A stretch of 64,000 nt of DNA from an uncultured Gemmatimonadaceae bacterium (GTDB lineage: Bacteria > Gemmatimonadota > Gemmatimonadetes > Gemmatimonadales > Gemmatimonadaceae), in contig CAWBOC010000010.1 of NCBI GenBank assembly GCA_963790305.1, positions 160,001-224,000 of the forward strand, in the 5' to 3' direction. Shown here one piece after another: positions 10,635 through 19,764 of this stretch (its first letter is position 1; every line of letters starts with the position of its first letter). The notes under the pieces were generated by a model. The model saw nothing but the letters and a program-made list of their open reading frames with translations, was not told where the DNA came from and ran no database searches. The position numbers and the translations under genes were made by a program.

Positions 10635-11371
10635 CGCGCATTTGCTCCCCGCCTGTCGGCGAGTGGGTGGAACCGTTTGACGAAAATGATCCGATCATCA
10701 CCGGGCGCGTAGAAGTCGCGCACGCGTGCGGCCTCGGTATAACCGCGCCGCTCGTAGAAGCCGCGGGTCGCGCCGTAGTCGGATCGGGACGATGTTTCGG
10801 CGATCAACATCCGGGCATGCTGTCCCACGAGCCTTCGCTCGACCTCTTCGAGGAGGATGGTTCCAATGCCGGCGCCCTGGAGTGCCGTGTCGACGGCGAT
10901 CCAATAGAGATCCCAGGTGCGGTCGGTGGCGGGCGTCGGACCCCAGCAGGCGTATCCGACGAGGACCTCTTCCGGGGTGAAGGCGCCGAGGAAGAGGTAA
11001 TCCGAATGCGGAGTTCGGAATGCGGATGGGACGGCGACGTCCTCCGCATTCCGCATTCCGCGTTCTGCGATGCTTTCATCAAACAGCTCGAGCGCGATGC
11101 CAATCTCGGCCGCGCTGAAGACCTTCGAGCCGCGTAAGATTTCGGCGATCCGTGGACGTGCGGCGGCAGAGAGCTCGCCGAGGATGATTCCGGTTCCGCG
11201 GGAATCGATCAGCTCTCCGGCGCCGTCGGATCGTCGCCGCGGCGCGAATTCCTCCCTGGAGAGCGGGAGCGAGGTGGACGCGTCCGTCGCCACTGGCGGC
11301 CGACTCGTCATTCCTCCGCTCGGAGGCTCGGACTCGATCGCGCCTTCTGTGGCGCGCGTCACAAGCGTCAT
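10631..11371 (-). CDS. GNAT-family N-acetyltransferase containing an in-frame repeat insertion
   Basis: 'LYWIAVD..LQGAGIGTILL', 'TRGFYERRGY'; start overlaps the upstream stop (TGATG) and stop overlaps the kamA start (ATGA). Confidence 0.85.
   Translation of the reverse strand: MTLVTRATEGAIESEPPSGGMTSRPPVATDASTSLPLSREEFAPRRRSDGAGELIDSRGTGIILGELSAAARPRIAEILRGSKVFSAAEIGIALELFDESIAERGMRNAEDVAVPSAFRTPHSDYLFLGAFTPEEVLVGYACWGPTPATDRTWDLYWIAVDTALQGAGIGTILLEEVERRLVGQHARMLIAETSSRSDYGATRGFYERRGYTEAARVRDFYAPGDDRIIFVKRFHPLADRRGANAR
11003..11069. repeat. Inverted GGAATGC heptamer array inside the GNAT ORF
   Basis: cgaatgc ggagttc ggaatgc gga ... tccgcat tccgcat tccgcgt tctgcg. Confidence 0.85.
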
Positions 11372-12432
11372 CAGCGAACTCCAGCCGCGAACAGCTCGAG
11401 CGCGGCGGGGTCGGTCGGCACCACCACACCGGAGAGCCGCGCCGAGAGCGCCCAGCGATTCTGCTCGAGCTGCCGCTGGCGCCGCGCTCCCGCCTCGCAG
11501 ATCGCCGAGACGAGCGCGGGGAAATCCATTCCAGCGACGCGCGCCATTCTCGCAAGCCCGGCATCGGGGGCAATGTCGGGATTCGCGTTCACCTCGAGAA
11601 TCCATGGGCGGCCCTGAGCGTCGATACGCATGTCGACGCGGCCGTATCCCTCGCCACCAACCGCCTTCCACGCATCGAGCGCCAGCCGCTTGAGCTCGGC
11701 GGTGAGCTCCGGCGAGATCTTCGCCGGACATACTGGCGCCGCGCCGAGATCCTCGTCGCTTCCCACTTCCCACTTCGAGCGATAGGAGACGATGCGCCAT
11801 TTCCCCTTGGGCATGGCATCGAATTCGATCTCGGCCACCGGGAGCACTATTCCATCGACGATGCCCACGTTGACCTCACGGCCATCGACGAACCGCTGAA
11901 CGAGGACCTCACTCCACCGCTCGTGCATCGCATCGACGCGTGCCGCCAGCGCCCGCATGTTCCGCACGACGGAGCGCTGCTCCACGCCCACCGACGCATC
12001 CTCGGCGGCCGGCTTGCAGATCGCGGGGAAGCCGACGGTCGGCAACGTGGAGCCGGGCGTCACGACCGCCCACCGCGGCACCGGAAGCTCCGCGCGCTCG
12101 AGGAGCGCGTTCACCACGTGCTTGCGAAGGCAGAACGCGGTCGTCCAGCTCGAGCTTCCCGTATAAGGAATGCTGAGAACCTCGAGCACGGAGATCACCG
12201 CGGGCTCGTACGCCGCGATGCCATCAATGCACTCGCAGAGGTTGAAGGCGAGGTCGAACTTGCCGCGGCGCATGCGCTCTACCCAGCGACCGTCGAGCGC
12301 CACCGGAACGCGCACGACCTGGTTCCCCTCGTCGACGAGCGATTTCTCGATCGCTTCGACCGTCTCGAGGATCAGCAGGTCCGCGGCCTGTCCGAGCGCC
12401 GACATTCCATCGAATAACAGGGCAATCTTCAT
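11371..12432 (-). CDS. D-Ala-D-Ala-ligase-like ATP-grasp enzyme (second copy)
   Basis: 'IPYTGS', 'CKPAAEDASVGV', 'FVDGREVNV', 'GRVDMRID', 'LEVNANPDI'; lacks the canonical Ddl N-terminal GGxSxE motif. Confidence 0.88.
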   Translation of the reverse strand: MKIALLFDGMSALGQAADLLILETVEAIEKSLVDEGNQVVRVPVALDGRWVERMRRGKFDLAFNLCECIDGIAAYEPAVISVLEVLSIPYTGSSSWTTAFCLRKHVVNALLERAELPVPRWAVVTPGSTLPTVGFPAICKPAAEDASVGVEQRSVVRNMRALAARVDAMHERWSEVLVQRFVDGREVNVGIVDGIVLPVAEIEFDAMPKGKWRIVSYRSKWEVGSDEDLGAAPVCPAKISPELTAELKRLALDAWKAVGGEGYGRVDMRIDAQGRPWILEVNANPDIAPDAGLARMARVAGMDFPALVSAICEAGARRQRQLEQNRWALSARLSGVVVPTDPAALELFAAGVR

Positions 12433-13742
12433 TACCGACCTCCTCGACGAATGCGGAACGCGGAATGCGGAGGGCGGTTGCCGTTATTCAGGTTCCGCAT
12501 TCCGCCTTCCGCATTCTCCAGCACAACACCCTCTCTTTCCGCCGCGGCCCGCAGGCATGCCTGGATGAGCTCGTCGTAGCTCATCCCCGCCACCCGCGCG
12601 GCCTTCGGAAAGCACGAGTTGTCCGCCGGGTTCGGCAAAATCCCCGGAAGGGGATTCACCTCCACGACGTTCGGCTCCCCGGCCACGTCCAGCCGCACAT
12701 CGATCCGCGACCAGTCCCGACAGCCGAGCACCTGATAGGCGCGGAGAGCAACCTGTTCGATCTCGCTCGTCAGGGCCCCGTCGATCCGCGCGGGACACTC
12801 GAACATCTCGAGTGGATTCTCCGGACGGTCCCAGAGCCACTTCGCTTCAAAGCCATAGACCGGTACTGCGCCATCAGGCAGCGCGTCGAAATTGATTCCG
12901 ACGATGGGTAGCACTCTCGCCGCGTTTCCGTTGCCGAGGATCGCGCAGGTGAACTCCGCGCCAGGCAGATACTCTTCGACCAGCACCGGCTGCTCATACC
13001 GCTCGAGGAGGAAGAGCACCTGCGCCCTCAGCTCGTCCGTCGTGCGGCAGAAATTCTTTTCCGTGATCCCCTTCGAGCTTCCCTCGTGGACCGGCTTCAC
13101 GAAAACCGGCGAGCGAGGGTCCACGAGCGAGGAAGTCCTCTTCTTCCCGTTCCCCGATCGCTTTCCGCCGAGAAACGATTCCAGCTCCCCCACGTCACGG
13201 ATGAGAACGAAGGGCGCCGTCCGCACGCCGTGATACGAAAGCCATTCCTTCGTGCGCGCCTTGTCGAGGCAGAGCGAGAGCGAGAACGGATCGCTCCCGG
13301 AGTAGGGAATTCCGAAGAACTCGCAGATCGCGGGCACGTGGGCCTCGCGATTCACTCCTCTCGACCCCTCGGCGATGTTGAAGACGAGGTCGGGCCGCTC
13401 TCGCCTCAACCGCTCGGGGAAATCGTGGTTCGCCTCGAGGCGAATAACCTCGCCACATGCGGAAAGTGCGCGCTCGACGGCGGCGATCGTCTCTTCGCTA
13501 TCCCACTCGGCGTATTCATCGTCGGCGGCGAGCTCGAGGGTTTCGAGAGCGCTCGCGGAACGGGGGTCGGTCATCTCGCCCGCGCGGCTCTCGTTCACCG
13601 CGAGGGAGCTGGAGGTCCGGGACGCGATGTCCCGGCGACTACTGGGAGGGTCGTCCTCGGGACGCGACGGCGTCGCATCCTCCATCGAGAGTGGTGCGCT
13701 CGGGTCTGGCTTCAGATTGTAGGCGAAACCGATTCGCGTCAT
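12432..13742 (-). CDS. D-Ala-D-Ala-ligase-like ATP-grasp enzyme (first copy)
   Basis: 'VFNIAEG', 'IPYSGSD', 'VKPVHEGSSKGI', 'LVEEYLPGAEF', 'RIDVRLD', 'VEVNPLPG'; TAATG overlap with the next gene. Confidence 0.88.
   Translation of the reverse strand: MTRIGFAYNLKPDPSAPLSMEDATPSRPEDDPPSSRRDIASRTSSSLAVNESRAGEMTDPRSASALETLELAADDEYAEWDSEETIAAVERALSACGEVIRLEANHDFPERLRRERPDLVFNIAEGSRGVNREAHVPAICEFFGIPYSGSDPFSLSLCLDKARTKEWLSYHGVRTAPFVLIRDVGELESFLGGKRSGNGKKRTSSLVDPRSPVFVKPVHEGSSKGITEKNFCRTTDELRAQVLFLLERYEQPVLVEEYLPGAEFTCAILGNGNAARVLPIVGINFDALPDGAVPVYGFEAKWLWDRPENPLEMFECPARIDGALTSEIEQVALRAYQVLGCRDWSRIDVRLDVAGEPNVVEVNPLPGILPNPADNSCFPKAARVAGMSYDELIQACLRAAAEREGVVLENAEGGMRNLNNGNRPPHSAFRIRRGGR
12448..12516. 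repeat. Inverted GGAATGC heptamer array encoding the C-terminal tail of ATP-grasp 1
   Basis: cgaatgc ggaacgc ggaatgc gga ... ttccgca ttccgcc ttccgca ttc. Confidence 0.85.
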
Positions 13743-13864
13743 CCGGTCCGGGCCTGCTCGTGTTCCTTCTTTGGAACCGATCGCCTCATCGTGCGGCGAC
13801 TACGGGCTTCCGTTCGACCAACTCGCGACTTGGTGCGCTACCTCACTCACGTCAGACGAAGCAA

Positions 13865-13880
13865 AGCAAACGCGATGCCA
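13865..13880 (-). promoter_or_regulatory. sigma54 (-24/-12) promoter of the ATP-grasp/GNAT/KamA operon
   Basis: Minus strand TGGCATCGCGTTTGCT = GG-N10-GC, close to TGGCAC-N5-TTGCW; AT-rich tracts upstream at 13896-13957. Confidence 0.75.
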
Positions 13881-13963
13881 ATTGGATGGCGCGCAAGATA
13901 AAATCCGTGGGAAGGAGAAGCAATGATTTTTTGGGCGGGAGAGAAAATTTTTTTTTCGATCGA

Positions 13964-14044
13964 TGAGGACTGAAGACGGAGGAGTGAGGAATTCCATCAG
14001 AAGCGGAGCGACTGAGAAAATTTCCTCCCCCTCGGTCCTCAGAC
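13964..14044. repeat. Inverted heptamer array (TGAGGAC-type) starting at the thyX stop codon
   Basis: tgaggac tgaagac ggaggag tgagga ... ttcctcc ccctcg gtcctca. Confidence 0.7.
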
Positions 14045-14788
14045 TTTATGAAACCTCACTCTCGCCGCCTCTCGTCGATCCTCGGCGTCGTAGATCTCGA
14101 AGTCCGAGAAGAAGGCGGGCGCCTCCGTTTGCAGGAGACGAATCAGCGCCACGGCGCAGCGGCGAATCTCCAGCTCCGCGCCCTCGCCCGCACGGAGCTC
14201 CAGCATCGTCCGCCACGCGCGAGTATTCCCCGTGACGACGATTTTCGTCTCGGTCGCGTTCGGAAGAAGGCTTCGCGCTGCCTCGCGCGCCATTTTCCGA
14301 CGGTGGACCTTGTCCGCGATCCAGCCGTATCGCTCCATGAGACGATCGACCGTTTCGACATAGGCCCGCTGCGCCTCGTCGATCTGCCGCTTCCACGACG
14401 CCTCGAGCGGTTCATCGCCGATGATCGCCGGCGGAACGACGAAGTGCGCCTCCGACTCGTCGACGTACCGCTGCGAGAGCTGAGAGTAGGCGAAGCCGGC
14501 GCGGTGGCGGACGAGCTCGTGGGTGAGCGACCGGCTCACGCCCTCGAGGAGGATCGAGTAGTTCGCGTGCTCGAGAACGCTGCCGTGGCCCTGCCGCTTG
14601 ATGTTCTCGAGATAGTCCTGCGTCGAGCGGCGCGCGGGGTTCCGCTGGCTCATGTAGCAGAGGCGACCGGCAAACTCGGCCAGACGCTCTCCTCCACTCG
14701 CGTCACCGAGCCATTCGACAGGAAGGTGGCTCGGCTCCGTGAACTGCGGACGCGAGATGAGCGTGAGTCGGGGTTCTAGAAAAAGCAA
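14039..14788 (-). CDS. thyX: FAD-dependent thymidylate synthase (start uncertain, TTG assumed)
   Basis: ThyX motif 'HELVRHRAGFAYSQLSQRYV', 'GHGSVLEH', 'REAARSLLPNATET'. Confidence 0.93.
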   Translation of the reverse strand: MLFLEPRLTLISRPQFTEPSHLPVEWLGDASGGERLAEFAGRLCYMSQRNPARRSTQDYLENIKRQGHGSVLEHANYSILLEGVSRSLTHELVRHRAGFAYSQLSQRYVDESEAHFVVPPAIIGDEPLEASWKRQIDEAQRAYVETVDRLMERYGWIADKVHRRKMAREAARSLLPNATETKIVVTGNTRAWRTMLELRAGEGAELEIRRCAVALIRLLQTEAPAFFSDFEIYDAEDRREAARVRFHKV

Positions 14789-14791
14789 AGG

Positions 14792-14832
14792 GAGTCGAGG
14801 GTGTCGAGGGTGTCGGAGGGTTTCAAGGACTC
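14792..14832. repeat. Single arm of 9-nt repeats related to the 5143 element
   Basis: gagtcgagg gtgtcgagg gtgtcggag ggtttcaag, between the oxidoreductase stop and the thyX start. Confidence 0.55.
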
Positions 14833-14849
14833 GCGCGAGGAAGCTACAC

Positions 14850-16460
14850 TCACACCAGCGACAATCGGAAGCGCGCGTAACCGCGCTCGCGCTCGATCGC
14901 ATCGAGGGCGTCGCGCGCGCCGGCCGAGAGGGGCGCGATCGAGGGATCGTACTTCACGTCGTCGATCGGGCGCTGGCCTTCGAGCGGCACCTTCACGCCT
15001 GGATTGAGGACGCCCTCAGGATCGAACGCCCGCTTCACGCTCGCGAAAAGCTCCACCGCTTCGCCGGTCCACGTTCGCGAGGCGATCGGCGCTCGAAGCC
15101 GACCATCGCCGTGCTCCCCGGCGAGCGTGCCACCGAGCGACGCCACGAGCGAGGTGACCTCGTCGAGCAAGCCTTCGACCTGATCGCGCCATTCCGGCAC
15201 GCGGACATCGATCAGCGGGTTGACGTGAACGTGCGCGTCACCGGCGTGGCCAAATATCACACCGCGGATCTCGCGCGACGCGAGCGCCGAGCGAACGCCA
15301 TCGACGTATGCCGGCAGTCGGTCCGGAGGAACGGCGCCGTCCTCGATGAACTGCATGGACTTGAGGTGTGGATCGAGCCGGGAGAGAATCGGGCTCGCCG
15401 CGTGCCGCAGCGCCCACAGCTCTCGCTCGGTCATTTCGTCCAGCGCCACGCGCACCACCGTCGCCCCCGCTCGTTCGCACGCATCAGCGATCGAGTGGCT
15501 CCGCGCATTCGCCTCGGACGGTGTCGGCTCCTCGACTTCCACGAGTAGCGCGGCCTCCGTCTCCAGCGGAACCAGGCGCGCACCGCCGAGCGCCGCCACG
15601 TCGAGGAAGGTGCGATCGAGAAGCTCCGCCGCGCTCGCTCTTCCCTCGCGGCTCGCCCGCGCTCCATCGACCGCGCTCTCCAACGATGGAAACGCGGCGA
15701 GCACGCTGGCCGTCGCTCCCGGAATGGCATCGAGTCCGAGCTCGAGGGCGGTGATGAGGCAGAGCGTTCCCTCAGAGCCGAGGATCACGTCGAGCAGGTC
15801 ATCCGATCGCAGGAACTCGGCGATCGCGTAGCCGGACGATTCCTTCCTCAGCGCGGGGCGCTTCAGGAGAGCGGGCGAGATACGGCGTGCGCGCGGAGCG
15901 ACCGACGAGAGAAAACGCTCGAGCCCTGTGGGCATCGGAGTCGGCTGCTCTCCTCGCCGGACGACGACCCGAGCTCCATCCGAGAACACACACTCGGCAG
16001 CGATCACCCAGTCGCGGGTCGCGCCGTATCGCAGCGTCCGAGCGCCGGCGGCGTTCGTCGCCGCCATTCCGCCCACCGTGCAGAACGCGCCACTCGACGG
16101 GTCGACGGGAAACCGGAGCCCGTGCATTCGCGCTGCGACATCGACGGCGCCACGCAGCGCGCCTGGTCCAGTCCAGACGCGACGACGCGACACATCGACG
16201 TCGCCGATCGCGTTCAAGCGGCTGAGGTCGACGATGATCCCGCGGCCTACCGCGCCGCCTGCCATCCCGCTGCCAGATCCCCGCGCGATCAGCGCCGTTC
16301 CGTGCGCGCTGGCCCACCGCACGAGCTGCGAGACGTCATCCGCATCCGCGGGAACGGCGACGCCGGCGGGAACAGCGCGCGCGATCCCGGCGCCCTCGGC
16401 GTAGACGGCTCTCGCGAGGAGGTCGTCGCGATAGAGGCCGCGGAAGGACGGAGGGGCCAA
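14850..16460 (-). CDS. FAD-binding oxidoreductase (GlcD/D-lactate dehydrogenase family); start TTG 16460, or GTG 16586 through the repeat
   Basis: 'RGSGSGMAGGAV', 'FPVDPSS', 'GSEGTL', 'FGHAGDAHVHVN', 'GEHGDG', 'KRAFDPEGVLNPG'. Confidence 0.88.
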   Translation of the reverse strand: MAPPSFRGLYRDDLLARAVYAEGAGIARAVPAGVAVPADADDVSQLVRWASAHGTALIARGSGSGMAGGAVGRGIIVDLSRLNAIGDVDVSRRRVWTGPGALRGAVDVAARMHGLRFPVDPSSGAFCTVGGMAATNAAGARTLRYGATRDWVIAAECVFSDGARVVVRRGEQPTPMPTGLERFLSSVAPRARRISPALLKRPALRKESSGYAIAEFLRSDDLLDVILGSEGTLCLITALELGLDAIPGATASVLAAFPSLESAVDGARASREGRASAAELLDRTFLDVAALGGARLVPLETEAALLVEVEEPTPSEANARSHSIADACERAGATVVRVALDEMTERELWALRHAASPILSRLDPHLKSMQFIEDGAVPPDRLPAYVDGVRSALASREIRGVIFGHAGDAHVHVNPLIDVRVPEWRDQVEGLLDEVTSLVASLGGTLAGEHGDGRLRAPIASRTWTGEAVELFASVKRAFDPEGVLNPGVKVPLEGQRPIDDVKYDPSIAPLSAGARDALDAIERERGYARFRLSLV

Positions 16461-16462
16461 TT

Positions 16463-16598
16463 GAGAAAATGACGAGTGAGGAGTGGGGAGTGGGGAGTGG
16501 GGAGTGAGGAAATCTATGAACTCGGGCGCGGGCCGGACCAGTTCATCGAATTCCTCACTCCCCACTCCCCACTCCCCACTCCTCACTCGTCATTTCTC
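16463..16598. repeat. Near-perfect about 60-bp inverted repeat built on GAGTGGG heptamers
   Basis: Arms 16463-16522 and 16540-16598 differ by one indel and two mismatches; outer end overlaps the DUF2723 stop. Confidence 0.92.
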
Positions 16599-18784
16599 AC
16601 CGAGCCGGACCGAACAACGACTCCAGGTCCGTGGCTCTCGCGATCGCCATCACGGTGTCCATCACCGCGGTCGCCTTCGTAGAGTCCCCGGTGCGATAGA
16701 GACCTTCGGCGAGATACGCGCCGGTGATGAGATAGGCCATCGGCATGTTGGAGGACGCGCGGTCCACCCATTTCCCTCGCGAGATCGCGGCATCCTGCGC
16801 CCGAAAGACGGTATCCCATAACGCGCGTGTGCGCGCGACGTCCATCCATCCCATTGGCGACCGGAGGTACCCGTCTTCAGGACGCACCGCGCGCGGCATC
16901 ACCTTGTATGCAAGCCCCTGCGCCACGACATAGGGTGAAAGTCCGAGTGGTCCCGCGATCACCGGAGTCGCGAGATAGAGCGGACGCTCGGGGAAGGAAT
17001 CGCGGATGAAGCGAAGGATCATCAGCTGATCGCGGGTGAGATAGCCGGGCTCGATACGCGCGACGAGACTGTCCTTCCGGAAGATCTGTGGCTCGCGGAT
17101 CTGAACGTACGGCGGAATTTGATCCGCTTCCGCAATCGTCAATGCAAGCGGAGGCCCCGGTTTCCGCGGTGCCATCCCCCGATATATCGCCGGTCCTTCG
17201 CTTTCATCATAGTCGTAGAGCGGGCGACGGAGGATCTGCCGCACGTACCAGTCAGTCTGGAGCAGGGACGTCACCGCGACGGTGACGTCCTGCCGGATTC
17301 CCTCGACGTCCTGGGCGTACCAGAGCGGGAACGTGTCGTTGTCGCCGTTGGTGATGAGGACGCCATACGGTTCCACCGAGTTCAAAAGGTCGCGCGCCCA
17401 TTCGCGCGTGAACGTTTCCCCCCGGCGTGACGCGTCGTCGTGGTTGCCAACGAACGGGATGAATGCAAGAAGAAGAACGGGCGAGGCGGCGAGAAGGGCG
17501 CGTCGCGCTCGTGCGCCGCCGCCGACGAAGGACTGGAGCCCATCGGCCAGCTCGCGCCACAGTGTGAGGAGCCCTACTCCTGCCCACACGCCCCACGCCG
17601 AGAAGCTCCAGAGGTAGAAGTAGTCGCGATCGCGTACCTCGCGCCTCGTGAAGTCATCCACTCCGAGTCGCTCGCCCTGCGTCCACCCGAGCTTGAAGTT
17701 CATGTAGTAGATCAGCACCAGCGTCACAGTGAGCATGAGCGGACCGAAATACCAAAAGGTCGTTCGGTCACGCCGCCAGTGCACCCAACCGCCGTAGAGC
17801 CCGAGGGCAAGGAAGATGAACGCGAGTACGCGCTGGAGTCGGGCGCTGTCGCGATCGGCGTCCCGCAGCCACTGCCACCGGAAGTACTCCCACCACATGC
17901 CGATCTGTGCAGTGATCGGCGCCTGCCGCTCGGAGAGCGGCGGCTTCTGGTACTGGTCGCGATTGAAGTTGGGAAGAAATCGATCGACCGTCTCACTGCT
18001 GAAAAGACACGACGCCTCGAGCTGCTCCAGGCACCCCGTGGGCTCGCCGGTGTTGAGCGGCGGGTGGTAGGCCGAGCGAATGGGCTGGGTCGCGAAGGGC
18101 GTCATGCCGAAGATCAACGCTACGATCGCAACGAGGATCAGCTTCCACCGCATGAGGGTCGCCGGTCGCCGCACCAGCACGGCGACCGCGACCGCCGGGG
18201 CCGCGAGAAACCCGGCCATGTGATTCGCGTATCCCAGACCGAGGAGATAGGCGATGAGAATGAGAATCCGGTCTGCGCGGAAACCGTCGGGGGAATCGAG
18301 CCAGCGGAGCGTGAGCCACGAGATGACCACCAGGCCGAGCAGCGAAATCGTGTAGACTTTCTCGTTCACGACCGACTGATGCCAGACCGTGAACGCCGTC
18401 GCACCGATCAGCGTCGCCAGTGCCGCGCCGAGGAGTCGCTGCCAGCGCTCCTCGATCCACGTTCGGAGAATTCGCTCGGTTACGAGAAACCACAGCCCGG
18501 CGGAAAGCGCGCTGGTAATCGCGGCGAGCAGGTTCACCCGCTCCGCGATCGTTGGCGCGATGGGCAGCAGGGTGAAGACGCGACCGACCAGAATGAAGAG
18601 CGGATTCCCCGGCGGAATGCGGCAGGCTCATCCGGTAGGCCGCGGCGATGTACTCGCTCGTGTCCCACATGGCGGTCGTGGGCGCGAGCGTGAGAACGTA
18701 GAGTGCCAGGACGGCAACCGAGGCAATCGCCGCGGCGAGGTAGGGCGGCTTCGCCATCGAGACCGGAAGAGAGGCTGACGTCAT
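16597..18784 (-). CDS. DUF2723 membrane protein (TMEM260-like putative glycosyltransferase), frameshift near 18617
   Basis: N-terminal 'WDTSEYIAAAY...LPH(PPG)'; removing one base restores 'HPPGNPLF'; 'NEKVY', 'REVRDRDYFY', 'TNGDNDTFPLWYAQ'. Confidence 0.85.
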
Positions 18785-19668
18785 AGGCCGAGGTCGTTCA
18801 CTCGTGGCGGGTCGACCGCGTAATCATAGAAGCCCTTACCGGACTTCCTCCCGTACATGCCGGCGAGGACCATCCGCTTGAGCAGCGGCGGGGGCGCATA
18901 ACGAGTCTCGCGGTACTCGTCGAACATGATCTCGGCGATCTTGTAGGTCGTGTCGAGCCCGACGAAATCCAGCAGCGTGAAGGGTCCCATTGGATGGCCC
19001 GTTCCGAGCTGCATCCCCTTGTCGATGTCCTCGACGGAGGCGACTCCACGCTCCAGCTGGGTAATCGCGTCGAGCAGATAGGGGACGAGCAGGAGGTTCA
19101 CCACGAAACCGGAGTTGTCCTTCGCGCGGATCGGCTCCTTGCCGAGTCGCCGGGCGAAGTCGTATGCGGCGTCGAAGGTCGGCATGCTGGTCGTGACCGT
19201 CCGCACGACCTCCACGAGCTTCATCACCGGCACGGGATTGAAGAAGTGGAGGCCGACCATGCGATCGGGGCGGGTCGTGGCGGCGGCCATCGCGGCGATC
19301 GTGAGGCTCGACGTGTTCGAGGCGAAGATCGTGTGCGCCGGGCACAGCGCATCGAGCTCCTTCCAGATCGCATTCTTCACCTCGAGGTCCTCGACGACCG
19401 CCTCAATGACGATGTCGCAGTCGCGCAGGTCGGCCACACTGGTCGTGAACGAGAGGCGGCCGAGTGTCTGGTCGCGTTGCTCGGGAGTGAGCTTGCCGCG
19501 CTCGACGACCTTCGCCAGCGATTTCTCGATATTGGCACGCGCTCGCTGACAGAGTGGGTCCGATACCTCGCGCACCCTGGTGGTGAACCCTGATTGCGCG
19601 GCGACCTGCGCGATGCCGCTGCCCATGAGCCCGCCGCCGAGGACGCCAACGGTAGAGATGGATGCCAT
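18781..19668 (-). CDS. hbd: 3-hydroxybutyryl-CoA dehydrogenase
   Basis: 'VGVLGGGLMGSGIAQ', 'IEAVVE', 'ASNTSS', 'GLHFFNPVP', 'HPMGPFTLLDFVGLD', 'GRKSGKGFY'. Confidence 0.93.
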   Translation of the reverse strand: MASISTVGVLGGGLMGSGIAQVAAQSGFTTRVREVSDPLCQRARANIEKSLAKVVERGKLTPEQRDQTLGRLSFTTSVADLRDCDIVIEAVVEDLEVKNAIWKELDALCPAHTIFASNTSSLTIAAMAAATTRPDRMVGLHFFNPVPVMKLVEVVRTVTTSMPTFDAAYDFARRLGKEPIRAKDNSGFVVNLLLVPYLLDAITQLERGVASVEDIDKGMQLGTGHPMGPFTLLDFVGLDTTYKIAEIMFDEYRETRYAPPPLLKRMVLAGMYGRKSGKGFYDYAVDPPRVNDLGL

Positions 19669-19764
19669 TAATAAGGAAAGAGTGGCGTTGGTCGGTAACG
19701 TCGTCGGAAAGGTATGGGGGCGCCTGGGCCTGGGCCAGCGCGGACGAGAGGTGCTCGAGCACCC

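Noticed and set aside
11371..13742. Canonical ddl or vancomycin-resistance (van) ligases
   Set aside because: The N-terminal Ddl motif is missing, there are no mur/fts or vanH/X/R/S neighbours, and the context is KamA/GNAT.
16480..16510. Functional G-quadruplex in (GGGGAGT)n
   Set aside because: Only three G4 runs, and the complementary arm would favour a long hairpin.
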